From the NCBI RefSeq assembly GCF_042408815.1, contig NZ_JBHOQR010000005.1:3828-67827 (forward strand): DNA of 64,000 nt, given 5' to 3'. This DNA comes from Thermoflexus sp. Lineage in GTDB: Bacteria > Chloroflexota > Anaerolineae > Thermoflexales > Thermoflexaceae. The translations under genes were made by a program, and so were the position numbers. A model generated the notes under the pieces. It was not told the DNA's origin. It saw nothing but the letters and a program-made list of their open reading frames with translations, and ran no database searches. Shown here piece by piece: positions 27,813 to 37,069 of the stretch (position 1 is its first letter; each line of letters begins with the position of its first letter).

Positions 27813-29213
27813 CTACCTTCGCCCGGCGCCGAAAATCGAGGGCGGCAGCCGGATGCCGGCTGCCTCTAAGCGGTCCATAAAGCGGGGGCGGATCCCAGTT
27901 GGGAGCAGGCGGCCAACGATCTTTCCACCTTCCATCCCGTATTGCTCGAACTTGAACAGCTCCGTGGTGGTGATCACCTCTCCTTCCAGCCCCTGGATCT
28001 CTGTGACCGAGATGATCTTACGGGAACCATCCCGCATGCGCGCCGTCTGGACGATCAGGTCGATCGCCATCGCGATCTGCTCCCGGATCGCCCGGTGGGG
28101 CAGATCCGTCCCCGCCATCAACACCATGTTCTCCAGACGGGCCAGGGCATCGCGGGGGCTGTTGGCGTGGATGGTGGTCATGGAGCCCTCATGGCCAGTG
28201 TTCATCGCCTGGAGCATATCAAAGGCCTCGCCGCCACGGCACTCGCCGACGATGATCCGATCCGGACGCATCCGCAGGGCGTTGATCACCAGATCCCGCA
28301 TGGTGATCTCGCCCTTCCCCTCAATATTGGGCGGGCGGGTTTCCAAAGTCACCACATGCTCCTGGCGCAGCTGCAGCTCCGCTGCGTTCTCAATCGTGAT
28401 GATCCGCTCCCCCTCCGGGATAAATCCGGAGAGGATGTTCAGCAATGTCGTCTTCCCGGAGCCGGTCCCGCCGGACACCACGATGTTGATCTTCGCCTGA
28501 ACGCAGGCCTTGAGGAACTCCATCACCTCGGGCGTGGCCGAGCCCAGGCGGATCAGGTCGTCCACCGTAAGCGGCGTACGGTAGAACTTTCGGATGGTCA
28601 CCACCGGGCCGATGAGGGAGATGGGCGGGATCACAATATTCACACGGGATCCGTCCGGCAACCGGGCATCCACGTAAGGCATGCTCTCATCCACCCGACG
28701 CCCCAGGGGGGCGACGATGCGCTCGATGATGCGCATTAAGTGCTCCTCATCCTCGAAGACCACATTCGTCCGCTCAATCTTCCCGTTGCGCTCGATGTAG
28801 ACCTTCTTGGGGCCGTTCACCATGATCTCGGTGATGGAGTCATCTTTCAGCAGGGGCTCCAGGGGGCCGAAGCCCAGGATCTCAGCGACGATCTGCTCAA
28901 AGAGCCGCTGTCGCTCCAGGCGACTGAGGACGATGTGATCCTCCATCAGAACAGCATCGAACTTCTCCTCGATCATCGCCCGCAACTCGTCTGTGCGGGA
29001 GAAATCGAGAGTAGGCTCCAGTTCCGAGAGAAGCTTCGCCTGGATACGGCTCTTGAGGTCCACATATGCGTCCCGCATCCCCCCCGTCGTAGGGAGCGGA
29101 CGACGGGGAGGGGCAGATGAGGGCTCAGGAGTCGGGACGGCGCGCGCCGGCTCAGGGTTCGGGGGAGTCGAGGGAGAGGGCTGGGCGCCCTGAATTCGCT
29201 TTAAGAGAGACAT
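27813..29213 (-). CDS. cpaF: Tad pilus secretion ATPase CpaF/TadA
   Basis: T2SSE ATPase: Walker A SGGTGSGKTT, Walker B/Asp box RIIVGECRGGEA, His box; disordered P/S-rich N-terminus. Confidence 0.95.
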   Translation of the reverse strand: MSLLKRIQGAQPSPSTPPNPEPARAVPTPEPSSAPPRRPLPTTGGMRDAYVDLKSRIQAKLLSELEPTLDFSRTDELRAMIEEKFDAVLMEDHIVLSRLERQRLFEQIVAEILGFGPLEPLLKDDSITEIMVNGPKKVYIERNGKIERTNVVFEDEEHLMRIIERIVAPLGRRVDESMPYVDARLPDGSRVNIVIPPISLIGPVVTIRKFYRTPLTVDDLIRLGSATPEVMEFLKACVQAKINIVVSGGTGSGKTTLLNILSGFIPEGERIITIENAAELQLRQEHVVTLETRPPNIEGKGEITMRDLVINALRMRPDRIIVGECRGGEAFDMLQAMNTGHEGSMTTIHANSPRDALARLENMVLMAGTDLPHRAIREQIAMAIDLIVQTARMRDGSRKIISVTEIQGLEGEVITTTELFKFEQYGMEGGKIVGRLLPTGIRPRFMDRLEAAGIRLPPSIFGAGRR

Positions 29214-29264
29214 CGCTCCACCTCCTTAACGTTTCCTCCATGGTGGGAGAGCCCCTGCCCACTT

Positions 29265-30467
29265 TCAACGACTGCTCCGCTTTCGCGCCTCCTCGACCTC
29301 CTGAGGGGCGAACAGCGTCTCTTCGACCCGCCCGGCCAGCTGGAGGATCGCCTGAGCAATCGGTTTGGATCGCTGGGCCACCAATGGGGCCCCTTTATTG
29401 ATGGAGCTCAGGACGGTGATCTCATCCCAGGGGATCTGAGCGCTCACCGGATGCTTGAGGGCCTGCTCCACCATCTCCGCGGTGATCCCGAAGCGGCGAT
29501 CCATCTTGTTCATGATCATTCGAGTCTTCTGCGGTGGGTAGTTCAACTGGGTAATGACATCAAAGAACAGGCGAGCGTTCTTGATCGTCGGCACATCGGG
29601 GGTCACCACCAGCACGATCTGTTCTGCCTCGTCCAGGATCAGCAGCGTGGCATCCGTGAGCTGGGTGGCGGTGTCAATCACCACGATATCGAAGAGGGTT
29701 CGGGCCATGTGCAGGATCCGCCTCATCGCATCGGCGGTCACATACTCCGCCAGCTCCGGACGTGGGGGGGCCAGGAGCACTTTCAGCCCGGAGGCATGGG
29801 ACACCAGGGAGAGGGTGAAGGCCTCCGGATCCATCTCCTCCAGCTGGGCCAGGTCCGCAATGCTACGGGGCCCCTGCAAATTCAGGAACACCCCGATGTC
29901 TCCAAAGGGCAGGGAGGCGTCGATCAGGACCACACGGCGCTCTGGCTTTTGCAAAGCCACGGCAAGGTTCACGGCGATGAGCGTGGTGCCTACTCCTCCC
30001 TTGGGGCTGTAAACCGCCACGACCTTCCCTTGAGCGCCACGCCCACCTCCGGGCAACGGACCCGTTGGGGGCAGCACTGGCGGCGGCCGGCGCATCCGAT
30101 GGACCCGACGAACGGTGGCCACCAGCTCGTCGGCCGAGAAGGGTTTGGAGAGAAAGTCTCGAGCTCCGGCCAGCATCGCCCGCCGCAGATAGTCCGCATC
30201 GCTCTGAACCGACATCATCACCACCTGGGTGAGGGGCGCCACCTCCATAATTTGCTCCACCGCCGCGATCCCGCTCATCCCCGGTAGGTTGATGTCCAGC
30301 AGGACGACATCCGGCTGAAGGTCCCGGGCCAGCCGGATCCCCTCCTCCGCGCTGGCTGCGCTGCCCACCACCTCAATGTCCGGCTCAAACATGAGGAGCT
30401 TCTTCAAATTCTCTCGCGTCTCGCGGACATCGTCCACGATCAACACACGAATCCGCGCGTCCGCCAT
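29265..30467 (-). CDS. cpaE: CheY-like receiver domain fused to CpaE/TadZ-type ParA/MinD ATPase
   Basis: REC residues present (VDD, LLDINLPGMSG, MMSV, SKPF); CpaE-like P-loop SPKGGVGTT; ATG 30467 (MADARIRV..) chosen. Confidence 0.85.
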   Translation of the reverse strand: MADARIRVLIVDDVRETRENLKKLLMFEPDIEVVGSAASAEEGIRLARDLQPDVVLLDINLPGMSGIAAVEQIMEVAPLTQVVMMSVQSDADYLRRAMLAGARDFLSKPFSADELVATVRRVHRMRRPPPVLPPTGPLPGGGRGAQGKVVAVYSPKGGVGTTLIAVNLAVALQKPERRVVLIDASLPFGDIGVFLNLQGPRSIADLAQLEEMDPEAFTLSLVSHASGLKVLLAPPRPELAEYVTADAMRRILHMARTLFDIVVIDTATQLTDATLLILDEAEQIVLVVTPDVPTIKNARLFFDVITQLNYPPQKTRMIMNKMDRRFGITAEMVEQALKHPVSAQIPWDEITVLSSINKGAPLVAQRSKPIAQAILQLAGRVEETLFAPQEVEEARKRSSR

Positions 30468-30538
30468 CGGATCTCCTCGACGGGCACAGTCTGGAATGCC
30501 TAAACCGATCGGAGGCCCACCCTTGTCCCACCCGGAGC

Positions 30539-31549
30539 TCAGCGGCATGGCTCCCGGGCGAATTGATCGGGACAGCCTGGCGTGTTATCTCGAGCCAAGC
30601 CGAAGCGTCCCGGAGGCGGAAGCGTGATCCCGATCCGCTGGATCAGCCAGCCCAACGTCACTGGATCTGTCCGCACCAGCTGGTTGTCTGTCGGATTGCG
30701 CAAGGCCAGATCTATCACGGCCCCCGATTCCCGTAGCCACTGCAGGATCAAGGCGTCCTGAGGTTCCACCAGCAGCGTGATATATTGTTGACGCGGCATG
30801 GGCGTGGGCGTCGGTGTGGGCCCAGGAGCGGGGGTCGGTCCGGGGGTTGGAGCGGGGCGGCGAGGCGACTCGAAAGGCCCCACGGAAAGAACTTCCACGT
30901 TCTGGAGGACCAGCTGGCTGACTGGGAAGATCGTCTGCTGGTCCGGCTTCACCACAGCGGCCTGAGCGGCAGCCCCGGGCTCCACCCCCAGAGCTTTCAG
31001 CCGGCTGAAAAGATCCTCATCCAGGATCTGAGGATAAAACTCTCCCTCCGCCGCCTGCTTAACGGGAACAAACCGGAACGTCACCAGGACATCCACCCGA
31101 TCTCCAGGCGCCAAGTTGAAGGCCACCGCGCCCGCCTCATCCACCGGGATGGGGAAGGCCACTTTACCGGGTGGCACGAAGAAGCTGGCCTCGGATCCCC
31201 GCCGTCCCACCTCCGCAGGCTGGACCGTCAGATCCTCCGGCACGATGGGCTTCTGTCGGGGGATATCCACCCGCGCCACCTTCCCGATCACCGCCTTGGG
31301 ATCGGTAAAGGCGCCTTCTGGAAGAACCTCCACCGGCCATCCCCGCAGCGTCACATCCGATTCGCTGATCACGGCGCCACGAGGGATGTTCTGTGCGGCA
31401 ATCACAATGGATTGCAGGAAGGGCGGCGTAGGGGTGGCCGTTGGAGCAGGCCCCGCCGCAAAGCGCGGCAACAGCCATAGCGCCGCTCCCATCAAGACCA
31501 GGATCAGCAGGATCAGCAGCAACAGCGTCCGATTTCTGCGCCGGCGCAT
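30539..31549 (-). CDS. cpaB: Flp pilus assembly protein CpaB/RcpC family
   Basis: N-terminal TM anchor, SAF-like segment (IVIAAQNIPRGAVISESDVTLRGWP), RcpC-like C-terminal part with a Pro/Thr insert. Confidence 0.85.
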   Translation of the reverse strand: MRRRRNRTLLLLILLILVLMGAALWLLPRFAAGPAPTATPTPPFLQSIVIAAQNIPRGAVISESDVTLRGWPVEVLPEGAFTDPKAVIGKVARVDIPRQKPIVPEDLTVQPAEVGRRGSEASFFVPPGKVAFPIPVDEAGAVAFNLAPGDRVDVLVTFRFVPVKQAAEGEFYPQILDEDLFSRLKALGVEPGAAAQAAVVKPDQQTIFPVSQLVLQNVEVLSVGPFESPRRPAPTPGPTPAPGPTPTPTPMPRQQYITLLVEPQDALILQWLRESGAVIDLALRNPTDNQLVRTDPVTLGWLIQRIGITLPPPGRFGLARDNTPGCPDQFAREPCR

Positions 31550-31675
31550 TTCCCGCCTCCCGTGGATAATCTCCCGCGCTCGCCTCGAGCGGATGGCTCC
31601 AGACTGGTTCCACCGCAGGCCTGATCTCCACCCGGCACCGCTCCTGGAAGACAGAAGCTTTTCCGGTTATCGTCT

Positions 31676-31703
31676 ATTATATGCCTTTTCCAATCTTTCG
31701 GAA
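31676..31703 (-). promoter_or_regulatory. Candidate promoter for the cpaB-cpaE-cpaF-tadB-tadC operon
   Basis: Minus strand TTCCGA(31703-31698), 16-nt spacer, TATAAT(31681-31676); ~125-nt leader to the cpaB ATG. Confidence 0.35.
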
Positions 31704-31804
31704 TCGGCGCTGGGCCTCCGGGGTCAGGCTTTCCGGGTCATGCCTCTGTAGATGGCCAACAAGGAGCGGGCTTGATGGGATGGGGAAGCCCTCCCTTGAA
31801 AACA

Positions 31805-32350
31805 TCATCCTGAGGGATCTCCCCTTCGCCCGCGGGACCGCCGGTGCCATGCCAGCCAAACTGCCAGCAGCGCCAATCCCCCTCCGGCCACCGGCCCCCA
31901 CAACGCTCCCCCTGTCTGCGGCAACCGAGCCGCGTCCAGACGCGGCGGAACGGTTCCCGGCACAGGGCTGTGCAATTCCCCCGACGGGGGTGGCGGTGGC
32001 GGAGGAGGAGCAAGAGTCCCCGTGGCCACCGGGGTCGGGGATGGCATAGGGGTATACGTCGCCGTAGGCCCAGGGGGCAACGGAGTAGGCGTTAGACCGG
32101 GTGTGGGAAACCCAGAACCCGTGGGCGTCGCCGTCGGCATGGGCGTCCCGGTCGGCGTGTCCGTCGGGGTCGCCAGCGGAGTGGCCGAAGCAGTCAGGGT
32201 CAGAGTCGGAATAGGCGTGGGCGTCCAGGTCGGCGGCGGCGTAGGCGTGGGGCCGGGGGTCGGGAATTGCGCCCCGGCCGGCCGGACTTGGCTCCCCACC
32301 ACCCCCAGGATCAGCACGCTTCGCAGGCTGCTCCAGAGGAGTCTCCGCAT
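31805..32350 (-). CDS. LPXTG-type cell-wall-anchored Pro/Thr-rich stalk protein
   Basis: Signal peptide (..QVRPAGAQ), ~130-aa P/T-rich region, LPQTGG followed by a TM helix and basic tail HRRSRGRRG; this frame preferred over overlapping ORFs on those grounds. Confidence 0.7.
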   Translation of the reverse strand: MRRLLWSSLRSVLILGVVGSQVRPAGAQFPTPGPTPTPPPTWTPTPIPTLTLTASATPLATPTDTPTGTPMPTATPTGSGFPTPGLTPTPLPPGPTATYTPMPSPTPVATGTLAPPPPPPPPSGELHSPVPGTVPPRLDAARLPQTGGALWGPVAGGGLALLAVWLAWHRRSRGRRGDPSG

Positions 32351-32434
32351 GGGAACCTCGAATCAAACGGACGGCGCGTCCGAGACTGTTCGGTCGCGGT
32401 GGGCCCGACGGCATCGCCTGCAAGTTTGGAAAGC

Positions 32435-32462
32435 ATTATATCGCATTTCGATTCACCAGGAA
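32435..32462 (-). promoter_or_regulatory. Candidate promoter for the LPXTG gene
   Basis: Minus strand TTCCTG(32462-32457), 16-nt spacer, TATAAT(32440-32435). Confidence 0.3.
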
Positions 32463-32580
32463 GGTCATCCGGCAAGGGGATCGCTTTCCCCGCGTTCGAA
32501 AACGAAAGAGGGGTTCGGCCACCGCGCGTCCCTTCTCGAATTGAGTCCTGGCACCTCGATCTATCGGATGGCCGAGGAGC

Positions 32581-35500
32581 TCATGGGCCGCGCAGGACCA
32601 GCGGGAGGAACATTCGGAAGCTCCACCCGATCCATACTTCAAGGGTCTCGTTATTGCCCTCGTTGACCTCCATCACACAACCCCGTGCCGGATCCCCTAA
32701 CCCGGGAACCGGCGCATCCACCATCGCCTGCAAACGGGAGATCGAGATCGCCTCAGTGGTCGTGTAGACGAAGGTCTGGGAGAGGCTTTCCCCGGGAGCC
32801 AATCGCTGGGCAGGGATGCTGAAATAGCGGCTGGCGGCAGGGTTCCCATTGATCTTCAAGCCGATCAGCATCCACCACGGCGCGCAGCCCAGGGTGCCGC
32901 TGAGCGGACGGGCGGTTCCAGGGCCAATGTTGGTCACCCTCAATGTAAATGTAAGCGTTCGAGTAGGGTTGTCTTCCTGATACTGAATCGAATCCGGCAA
33001 GATGGCGGCCGTGAGATCCGGCCCGGCCAGGGCGGTGACGTCGGAGGCCTGGAAGACATCCATCAGGGGAACGCCGGCCGTCCCGAAGGAGCGGGCAATG
33101 ACCGTGTTGGTGAAGGCGACCACGTCGGAGAGATTGGCGGAGACGCTGATTTGAGCCTTCTGGACGAAGGAAACCGTGGCCCGCGGGCCCAGGGCGGGCA
33201 GCGTGATCACTGCCTGCCCCCACCCGACGGGCAGGTCCACGAAAGCAATCCATGGCCACCCGGTCAGCGTGTCGGTAATCCGAACATCCGTGACCGTCAC
33301 CCACCCGGTATTGGTGACCGTGACTGTGTAATAAAGTACATCTCCGATATCCGCCTGACTCCGGCCATCGGTTTTGGAGATCTCGAGAGCGTAGGGCTGA
33401 CGCACCAGGTGGGCAACACTCCCAAGCGGAATCGGGATCGCACCGGAGAGGGCCGCGGTGGCGGTGAGCCACACGCCATCGGCAATGAAAGCGGGATCCG
33501 TGATCCGCACGGTCCAGGTGAGGGCGGCAGCCATCCCCGCGCTTAGGCCGGGCAGGTCCCAGCGGAAGGTTGGCCATGGGTCCGTGAGCACCGAACCCAT
33601 GGAGACCTGCACGCCATTGGGAATCGGGACGATCGGGCTGGGAAGCTGGCCGAAGATCTCCAAAGCCCCACTGGCTGCCGACGCCGTGTTCGTCACTCGA
33701 AGCGTATAGGTGAGCAACGCCCCCGGGGAAACGATACTCCCGGCAGGCGGAAGAGCGCCGAGCGTGCCGGTCAGCGCCGCCACCGGATGGATAACTGGGT
33801 TGCTGGCAAGCGAGCCGAACTCATCGGTTTGCAACACGGCCTGGTTCTGGATCTCGCCACCTCCTGCGGATACGGTGACGGCGAAGGAGAACGTCAGAAT
33901 CCCGCCCGGGGCAAGGGAGGCAATTTCCCCCAGCCATCCATTGGAGGCGACCGTCCACGAGAGGCCCCCGGAAGCGGAAGCGGAGCCTCCCACATAAGCG
34001 GTTCCGGTAGGGAAGAGATCGACCAGACGGAGGCCGTGCAGAGTGGCGCCACTGTCGTTCGTCAGGACAACCGTGTAGGTGATCCGATCTCCCGGCCGCA
34101 CCGAGCTTCCTCCCGGGGGCATGGCTTGCTTCAACCAGGTGGGTGGCCTGTCTGGGACCTCATAGCGCAGATCGGCCCGGAGCAAGGAAGGCGCCGTGAG
34201 GGGGTTTGTGGTGCTGAGCGCCACTTCATACTGTAAGGATTGAACATAGAGATTGAGGGGAATGGAGAGCGTAACCGCCCCCGTCTCAGTGAGCGGTGTC
34301 CATGCGCTCCAATCACTCCAGGGGAAGCCATCCTGGCTCTGGGATCGAATACGAACTGCGGCGTCTGTTCCGGGCGGGCGCATGAACTGAAGATCCAGAG
34401 TCAACAACAGCCGTCGCTGATCCAGATGGAAGGGCGGGGCCAGATAGTGCCCATTGGATACGAAGAGGCCTGCTCCCTCCGCGCTCAGGCGGCCGGCGTT
34501 GATATGGGTCAGCGGAATGTTGGCATACCGGCCTCCGATCACATAAACCCAACCATCCGGCAACACCACCATGGCATGGGCGCTGCGAGGCGGCGTGATC
34601 AGGCTGGTCGCCGTCCAAGTGATGACCTCCCCCGTGTCCGCGAGCACACCCGCTCGCACATCCCGGCTGGCATCGCTGAAGTTGCTCTGTAGCCCTCCAC
34701 TAGTCAGTAAGAGACCGCGATAACCAATGGCGGCCAGTTCCACCAGATTGTTATCCAGGAGCGCCGTGCGCGTGAAGGGTCCAAGGAGCGTCCCGTCCCC
34801 CAGAGGCGCGAACCAGACCTCGAACAGAGGCAGGCTGCTCGTCCCGGTCATTCCTCCGATCACATAAAGAGCACCCTGCTCGGCGACCGCTGCGTGCCGC
34901 CACAGGGGATAGGGAAGCGTCCACGAAAGGACTTGCCAATGGGTGATCTGACCCGTGACCGGGTCAGGCCGCGCCGCATAGATGAGGTCACGAACCTGGA
35001 AGCCCTCTGAAATCCCCCCCAACACATAGATCCATCCACCCCATGCGACAACCGCCATGTTCGTCAGGCTGATGGGCAGAGAAGCCGTCGTCGTGAACGG
35101 CCCCAGGGAGCCGTCCGGCTGGATCCGGGCGTAGACCACCATCCGCTGCGGCGCCCCCGGGGCGATGGCCGGCTGGTTTTGCCCGCCGATCACATAGAGA
35201 AAGTTGTTCACCACCACCGCCCCCCCATATGCGATCCCGGAAGGGAAGAAGTCCGCGAGGTTTGTCGAAACCGTCACCCAGGGAGTGAGATCATGATCGG
35301 AGCGGACGGTGGCCGATTGCACAAGGAATGGGCCTGCGATCATGTCGTTGCTCGAGGCCAATCCTCCCATGACATAGAGGCGGCTCGCCGTATAGACGGC
35401 CATATGACCCCAACGGGGGATCAAGCCAGCCGTTACCACCGTGGTGATCCACTCTCCACTCAGCCCGGCCCGAAGGAGGGAGACGGCGCCATCTCCCATA

Positions 35501-35730
35501 TTCGCCAGCCCGGTACGGAGGAACTCTCCCGCGCTGAAATCGGCCCAGGTGGTCTGAGAGAGGGTCTGGACGCCCGCCTCAACCCGGCGGCCCATAGACA
35601 GAAGGAGAACAAGAAATCCCACCCCTCCCAGGAGAAGCCCCGCCACAACCCGATGCCAACCTCTGCGCATTCCCATACCCCGGATCCTGGGTGGAGAGAT
35701 CGAGATCGGACTCGCCGGAAGCCTCCTCAT
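32581..35730 (-). CDS. Large (1049 aa) membrane-anchored Kelch beta-propeller / DUF11-CARDB repeat protein
   Basis: TM anchor; at least 5 Kelch-like blades (RLYVMGG, FLYVIGG, WIYVLGG, ALYVIGG, WVYVIGG); DUF11/CARDB-like repeats (ITYTVVLTNDSG, LTYTLRVTNTAS, LYYTVTVTNTGW, LTFTLRVTNIGPG); C-terminus ..MFLPLVLRGP; ATG overlaps the tadG stop (ATGA). Confidence 0.8.
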   Translation of the reverse strand: MRRLPASPISISPPRIRGMGMRRGWHRVVAGLLLGGVGFLVLLLSMGRRVEAGVQTLSQTTWADFSAGEFLRTGLANMGDGAVSLLRAGLSGEWITTVVTAGLIPRWGHMAVYTASRLYVMGGLASSNDMIAGPFLVQSATVRSDHDLTPWVTVSTNLADFFPSGIAYGGAVVVNNFLYVIGGQNQPAIAPGAPQRMVVYARIQPDGSLGPFTTTASLPISLTNMAVVAWGGWIYVLGGISEGFQVRDLIYAARPDPVTGQITHWQVLSWTLPYPLWRHAAVAEQGALYVIGGMTGTSSLPLFEVWFAPLGDGTLLGPFTRTALLDNNLVELAAIGYRGLLLTSGGLQSNFSDASRDVRAGVLADTGEVITWTATSLITPPRSAHAMVVLPDGWVYVIGGRYANIPLTHINAGRLSAEGAGLFVSNGHYLAPPFHLDQRRLLLTLDLQFMRPPGTDAAVRIRSQSQDGFPWSDWSAWTPLTETGAVTLSIPLNLYVQSLQYEVALSTTNPLTAPSLLRADLRYEVPDRPPTWLKQAMPPGGSSVRPGDRITYTVVLTNDSGATLHGLRLVDLFPTGTAYVGGSASASGGLSWTVASNGWLGEIASLAPGGILTFSFAVTVSAGGGEIQNQAVLQTDEFGSLASNPVIHPVAALTGTLGALPPAGSIVSPGALLTYTLRVTNTASAASGALEIFGQLPSPIVPIPNGVQVSMGSVLTDPWPTFRWDLPGLSAGMAAALTWTVRITDPAFIADGVWLTATAALSGAIPIPLGSVAHLVRQPYALEISKTDGRSQADIGDVLYYTVTVTNTGWVTVTDVRITDTLTGWPWIAFVDLPVGWGQAVITLPALGPRATVSFVQKAQISVSANLSDVVAFTNTVIARSFGTAGVPLMDVFQASDVTALAGPDLTAAILPDSIQYQEDNPTRTLTFTLRVTNIGPGTARPLSGTLGCAPWWMLIGLKINGNPAASRYFSIPAQRLAPGESLSQTFVYTTTEAISISRLQAMVDAPVPGLGDPARGCVMEVNEGNNETLEVWIGWSFRMFLPLVLRGP

Positions 35731-37037
35731 CGGAACAGGAAGAGTTGAGGAGGGGTGGTCGGGCAGGCGTTATCGTTATAGGTCAGCTGGAAGTTTGCCC
35801 CGGAGACATCGACTTCGTAGCCGAAGATGGCGCCGTTCCCGGTGAACCCCTGGCTGCCCGAGAGGTTCACCAGACCGTTCGGGGCGTAGATCAGGCCTTC
35901 CCATGCGATCCGGGAATACGAGAGCTGGATCGCCCCGTTGTTGGTGTCATTCGAGGTCGAGAAGAACAGGAGCTGCCCCTTGCCATCGGGCTCCTTGTAG
36001 AATCCTTTAAAGTAAGCCTGATCGTTGTTCGAACTCGTAGACTTGATCGATCCATTGGTGACGACAGTGATGGTGACCGTCCCCCCACCCTGGATCGTGA
36101 CATCGCCGTTGACCACGTAGAGCCCATCGCAAAGTTTATAGGAGCCCCCACCGTTGCTCCCGGGGGAGGGGCAGGAGCCGCTGGATTTCAGGGTGATGGA
36201 ACCGTTGAAATAATACCGCCGGCTGGAATCGACCTGGTTCCATTTCGCGCCACCGGGCAGGAAGTCCTCATACCGGTAGAACGGCGGCATCGGGATGTAG
36301 CTGCCCTGCTGGGTGGTCTGGCATGTCCCGTTTCCTTTCTTCTGAGTCACGTAATCGCAGACCCCGTTGATATACATTTGCTGGCTGATGTTAATATCGG
36401 CGTTGGAATGGATGTTGCCGTTGACCACCCCAGCCTGGCCGCCGCCAGTGGCCTTGAGCACGTTGGGCTGGCAGTTGCCGGTACACCCCGCAAAAATCGC
36501 CCAGCCATTGCAAGAAACCGGAGGCTGATAGACGGCCACCGCCTGGGCGCTCACCCGCAGGTTCGCCTGGCCGATCACTTGCGCGATGAAGGCCGAGAAG
36601 GGATTCCAGACCACCACGCGAATCCCCTTGACCTCTTGGGTGCCGATCTTCGCCGGCACGAAACCACCACCGACCGGACTGAGGACATTCCCATCCGCGT
36701 CGGTGTAGAAGATCTCGATATTGTTGTTATAAGCGTCTCCCGGTTGACCCGAGGTGTCGGGAATGCCGTGGGCCTCCACCGCAGCGTTCACCGCCTGCCG
36801 CAAGGATGCCTCCGGGCAGCCATACCCATGGGGATTACTGCACCATGGCTGGGGGTTCCAGAGAAAGCGGGCCCCGGTCAGGGCCCCAGCGTCCGCCCCG
36901 TTCTGAGCCCGTCGGCGCTGGCCGTAGGCATTGCTGCCATCCAGGGCCAGGGCCGTAAGGGCCAGAAGGCCGATGAAGGCGATCGCGATGAGCACCAGTG
37001 CCTGTCCACGATTCCACCCTTTCATCCTTCCACCCAT
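35727..37037 (-). CDS. tadG: TadG-like pilus assembly protein (Tad N-terminal domain)
   Basis: N-terminus MKGWNRGQALVLIAIAFIGLLALTALALDGSNAY.. matches the TadG-like N-terminal pattern; AGGAGG RBS 6 nt before ATG 37037. Confidence 0.8.
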   Translation of the reverse strand: MGGRMKGWNRGQALVLIAIAFIGLLALTALALDGSNAYGQRRRAQNGADAGALTGARFLWNPQPWCSNPHGYGCPEASLRQAVNAAVEAHGIPDTSGQPGDAYNNNIEIFYTDADGNVLSPVGGGFVPAKIGTQEVKGIRVVVWNPFSAFIAQVIGQANLRVSAQAVAVYQPPVSCNGWAIFAGCTGNCQPNVLKATGGGQAGVVNGNIHSNADINISQQMYINGVCDYVTQKKGNGTCQTTQQGSYIPMPPFYRYEDFLPGGAKWNQVDSSRRYYFNGSITLKSSGSCPSPGSNGGGSYKLCDGLYVVNGDVTIQGGGTVTITVVTNGSIKSTSSNNDQAYFKGFYKEPDGKGQLLFFSTSNDTNNGAIQLSYSRIAWEGLIYAPNGLVNLSGSQGFTGNGAIFGYEVDVSGANFQLTYNDNACPTTPPQLFLFR

Positions 37038-37069
37038 GGGAGCGCCTCCTGATCGGTCCGCATCACACC

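Noticed and set aside
31550-31804. Search for a small Flp pilin gene in the tad intergenic gaps (also 32351-32580, 38138-38328, 42610-42699)
   Set aside because: No ATG/GTG-initiated frame encoding a basic leader plus G-xxxx-E-Y/F hydrophobic segment was found on either strand. These gaps seem to hold only promoter-like elements and leaders.
31900-32250. Repetitive DNA that could be mistaken for a tandem-repeat or CRISPR-like array (also 41110-41415 and 7000-7100)
   Set aside because: The units are 6-12 nt Pro/Thr codon iterations inside ORFs, not 25-40-nt repeats separated by unique spacers. No CRISPR array or cas gene was seen anywhere in the window.
31677-32423. Alternative 248-aa frame (and a 91-aa frame) overlapping the LPXTG gene on the same strand
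   Set aside because: Only the 31805-32350 frame yields a coherent signal peptide, LPQTGG, TM helix and basic tail. The others are His/Ala/Asp/Gly-rich read-offs of the same P/T codon repeat. Frame choice remains somewhat uncertain.
35691-37052. 453-aa plus-strand ORF; similar long shadow ORFs at 7625-8911(+), 17888-19066(-), 19658-21049(-), 59827-61074(+) and 62458-63558(+)
   Set aside because: Each is antisense to a gene with strong family signatures (tadG, M23 peptidase, SH3b/amidase, amidase, rbsA, permease) and has no motifs of its own.
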